64,000 bases of DNA from an uncultured Bacteroidales bacterium (GTDB lineage Bacteria > Bacteroidota > Bacteroidia > Bacteroidales > Muribaculaceae), in the NCBI GenBank assembly GCA_945865235.1, contig CAMBDJ010000005.1, forward strand, positions 13,864 to 77,863, given 5' to 3'. The notes beneath the pieces were generated by a model. It saw nothing but the letters and a program-made list of their open reading frames with translations. It made no database searches and was not told the origin of the DNA. Shown here in pieces: positions 62,397 to 64,000 of the stretch. The position numbers and the translations under genes were made by a program. How positions within the stretch are numbered: position 1 is the stretch's first letter; each line of letters begins with the position of its first letter.

Positions 62397-64000
62397 ATGA
62401 ATTTCAGTAGCCCAATTGATTTCAGGCCGAAGTTATTATCGGCGATGAAGAATTACTCGGCGGACAAGTTCAAGAGCGACCTTGTGGCCGGAATAGTTGT
62501 AGGAATCGTGGCATTGCCGCTTGCAATCGCCTTTGGTATCGCGAGCGGCGTGAGCCCGATGGTAGGCCTTATAACGGCCATCATAGGCGGTTTTATAGTA
62601 TCTGCCGCCGGCGGTTGCACCGTACAGATAGGCGGCCCCACGGGTGCGTTTATCGTAATCGTGTACAATATCATCGCCACCTTTGGTCTGGAAGGCCTTG
62701 CCATAGCCACTTTTATGGCAGGACTGATACTGGTGCTGTTAGGCATTTTCAGGCTCGGCACAGTCATCAAGTTCATTCCCTACCCCATTGTCGTGGGCTT
62801 TACGGCCGGTATTGCCCTCACCATTTTCTCAACACAGATCAACGACTTCCTGGGCCTTGGGCTCCGTGATGTCCCCGGCGAGTTCATCCCCAAATGGGGT
62901 ATGTATTTCCGCAACCTCGCCAACGTGGACTGGACGACATTCGGCGTAGGCCTTGTGTCGCTGGCCATCATCATAGTCACCCCGCGCGTGTCGCGGCGCC
63001 TGCCCGGCGCGCTCATCGCCATCATATTAGTTACTGCGGCGGCATCTCTGATTCCCGGAATAAGCGTTGAAACCATCGGCGACCGCTTCGGCAACCTCTC
63101 CACGGATATCCCTCATCCTCACGCATTTACGCTGAATATGGCCACGATAAACAACCTGCTGCCATCGGCCTTCACCATCGCCATACTCGGCGCGATAGAA
63201 TCGCTGCTGTCGGCCACAGTGGCCGACGGTGTCACCGGCACACGCACCAACAGCAACACCGAGCTTATCGGCCAGGGTATCGCCAACATCACCGTGCCGT
63301 TCTTCGGCGGAATCCCCGTCACCGGAGCCATAGCACGCACCATGACAAACATCACCAACGGCGGCCGCACCCCCGTTGCCGGCGTGATTCACGCCATAGT
63401 GCTGTTGCTGATATTCCTGTTCTTCATGCCGCTGATAAACCGTATTCCCATGGCCTGCCTGGCAGCCGTACTTATAGTGGTGAGCTACAACATGAGCGGC
63501 TGGCGCACAATACGTTCCATAATGCAGAACCCCAAGAGCGACATTTCCGTGCTGGCGGTGACATTCCTGCTGACGGTAATCTTCGACCTCACCATCGCCA
63601 TAGAAATCGGCCTGCTGCTTGCCGTGATACTTTTCCTGCGTCGCGTCATGGAAAATACCGCCATAAAGGCATACTCCGGACAGCTTGAGGTTGACGAGAA
63701 CTCCGAGATGCTGCACCACGAGGTGCTGAACGTCAACGACGGCGTGGAAGTCTACGAAATCAACGGCCCGTTCTTCTTTGGCGTAGCCACAAAATTCGAC
63801 GATCTTATGCGCAACACCCTCGGCCGCAAGCCCAAAGTCCGCATAATCCGCATGCGCAAAGTGCCGTTTATAGACTCAACGGGTATCCACAACCTTGAGA
63901 TCCTGATAAAATCATCCCAGAAAGAAGGCATCCATATCGTACTCTCGGGCGTAAACGACTCCGTGCGCGAGGCCCTTTCCAAAGCCGGCATAAACGGCAT
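62397..64000 (+). CDS. sulP: SulP family inorganic anion transporter with STAS domain (runs off the window end; absent from the ORF track)
   Basis: The ATG at 62397 gives MNFSSPIDFRPKLL...DLVAGIVVGIVALPLAIAFGIASG; GGPTGA; ELIGQG; STAS segment RMRKVPFIDSTG. Confidence 0.93.
   Translation, partial: MNFSSPIDFRPKLLSAMKNYSADKFKSDLVAGIVVGIVALPLAIAFGIASGVSPMVGLITAIIGGFIVSAAGGCTVQIGGPTGAFIVIVYNIIATFGLEGLAIATFMAGLILVLLGIFRLGTVIKFIPYPIVVGFTAGIALTIFSTQINDFLGLGLRDVPGEFIPKWGMYFRNLANVDWTTFGVGLVSLAIIIVTPRVSRRLPGALIAIILVTAAASLIPGISVETIGDRFGNLSTDIPHPHAFTLNMATINNLLPSAFTIAILGAIESLLSATVADGVTGTRTNSNTELIGQGIANITVPFFGGIPVTGAIARTMTNITNGGRTPVAGVIHAIVLLLIFLFFMPLINRIPMACLAAVLIVVSYNMSGWRTIRSIMQNPKSDISVLAVTFLLTVIFDLTIAIEIGLLLAVILFLRRVMENTAIKAYSGQLEVDENSEMLHHEVLNVNDGVEVYEINGPFFFGVATKFDDLMRNTLGRKPKVRIIRMRKVPFIDSTGIHNLEILIKSSQKEGIHIVLSGVNDSVREALSKAGING

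Noticed and set aside
32739-64000. Long antisense and alternative-frame ORFs (for example 40365-41675, 45341-46741, 50751-51572, 53159-54214, 54329-55228, 56621-57559, 60426-61370; likewise 812-1432 and those inside 2642-28601)
   Set aside because: They are shadows of well-supported genes in GC-rich, codon-biased DNA and carry no family motifs.

Overview
Bacteroidales chromosome segment, probably a gut Muribaculaceae-type organism (inference from TAnnTTTG promoters, T9SS-type C-terminal tails, a PorY-like kinase and Gln-starting mature proteins). 1-32.7 kb is accessory and mosaic; 32.8-64 kb is mostly housekeeping. The accessory half holds: (i) a coupled regulator/antitoxin - AbiEii-like nucleotidyltransferase - metallophosphoesterase operon, a candidate defence module; (ii) two back-to-back T9SS cargo genes; (iii) an approximately 21 kb cell-surface locus with an outer-membrane beta-barrel, a ~2450-codon TANFOR-type giant protein broken by one in-frame TAA, an FN3 protein, two lipoproteins and DUF1573, facing a TPR-type hybrid two-component sensor and a stand-alone copy of one giant-protein domain, which is the best candidate for an undescribed system; (iv) IS1182 and IS4 relics, two tandem small secreted proteins with a shared upstream motif, and an ATPase-nuclease gene. 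The housekeeping half has hrpB, an SDR, an M15 peptidase, a WG/YARHG lipoprotein, two thioredoxins, a hut operon with fused FTCD, carboxynorspermidine dehydrogenase, a C69 dipeptidase, a PorY-like kinase, a DEAD helicase, MATE, corA, xseAB, a 227-bp MITE (with a 32-bp relative at 25.1 kb), tRNA-Arg(CCT), rsmA, mgtE and a partial sulP. No CRISPR array or rRNA was seen. All family assignments are from motif recognition by eye; no searches were run.
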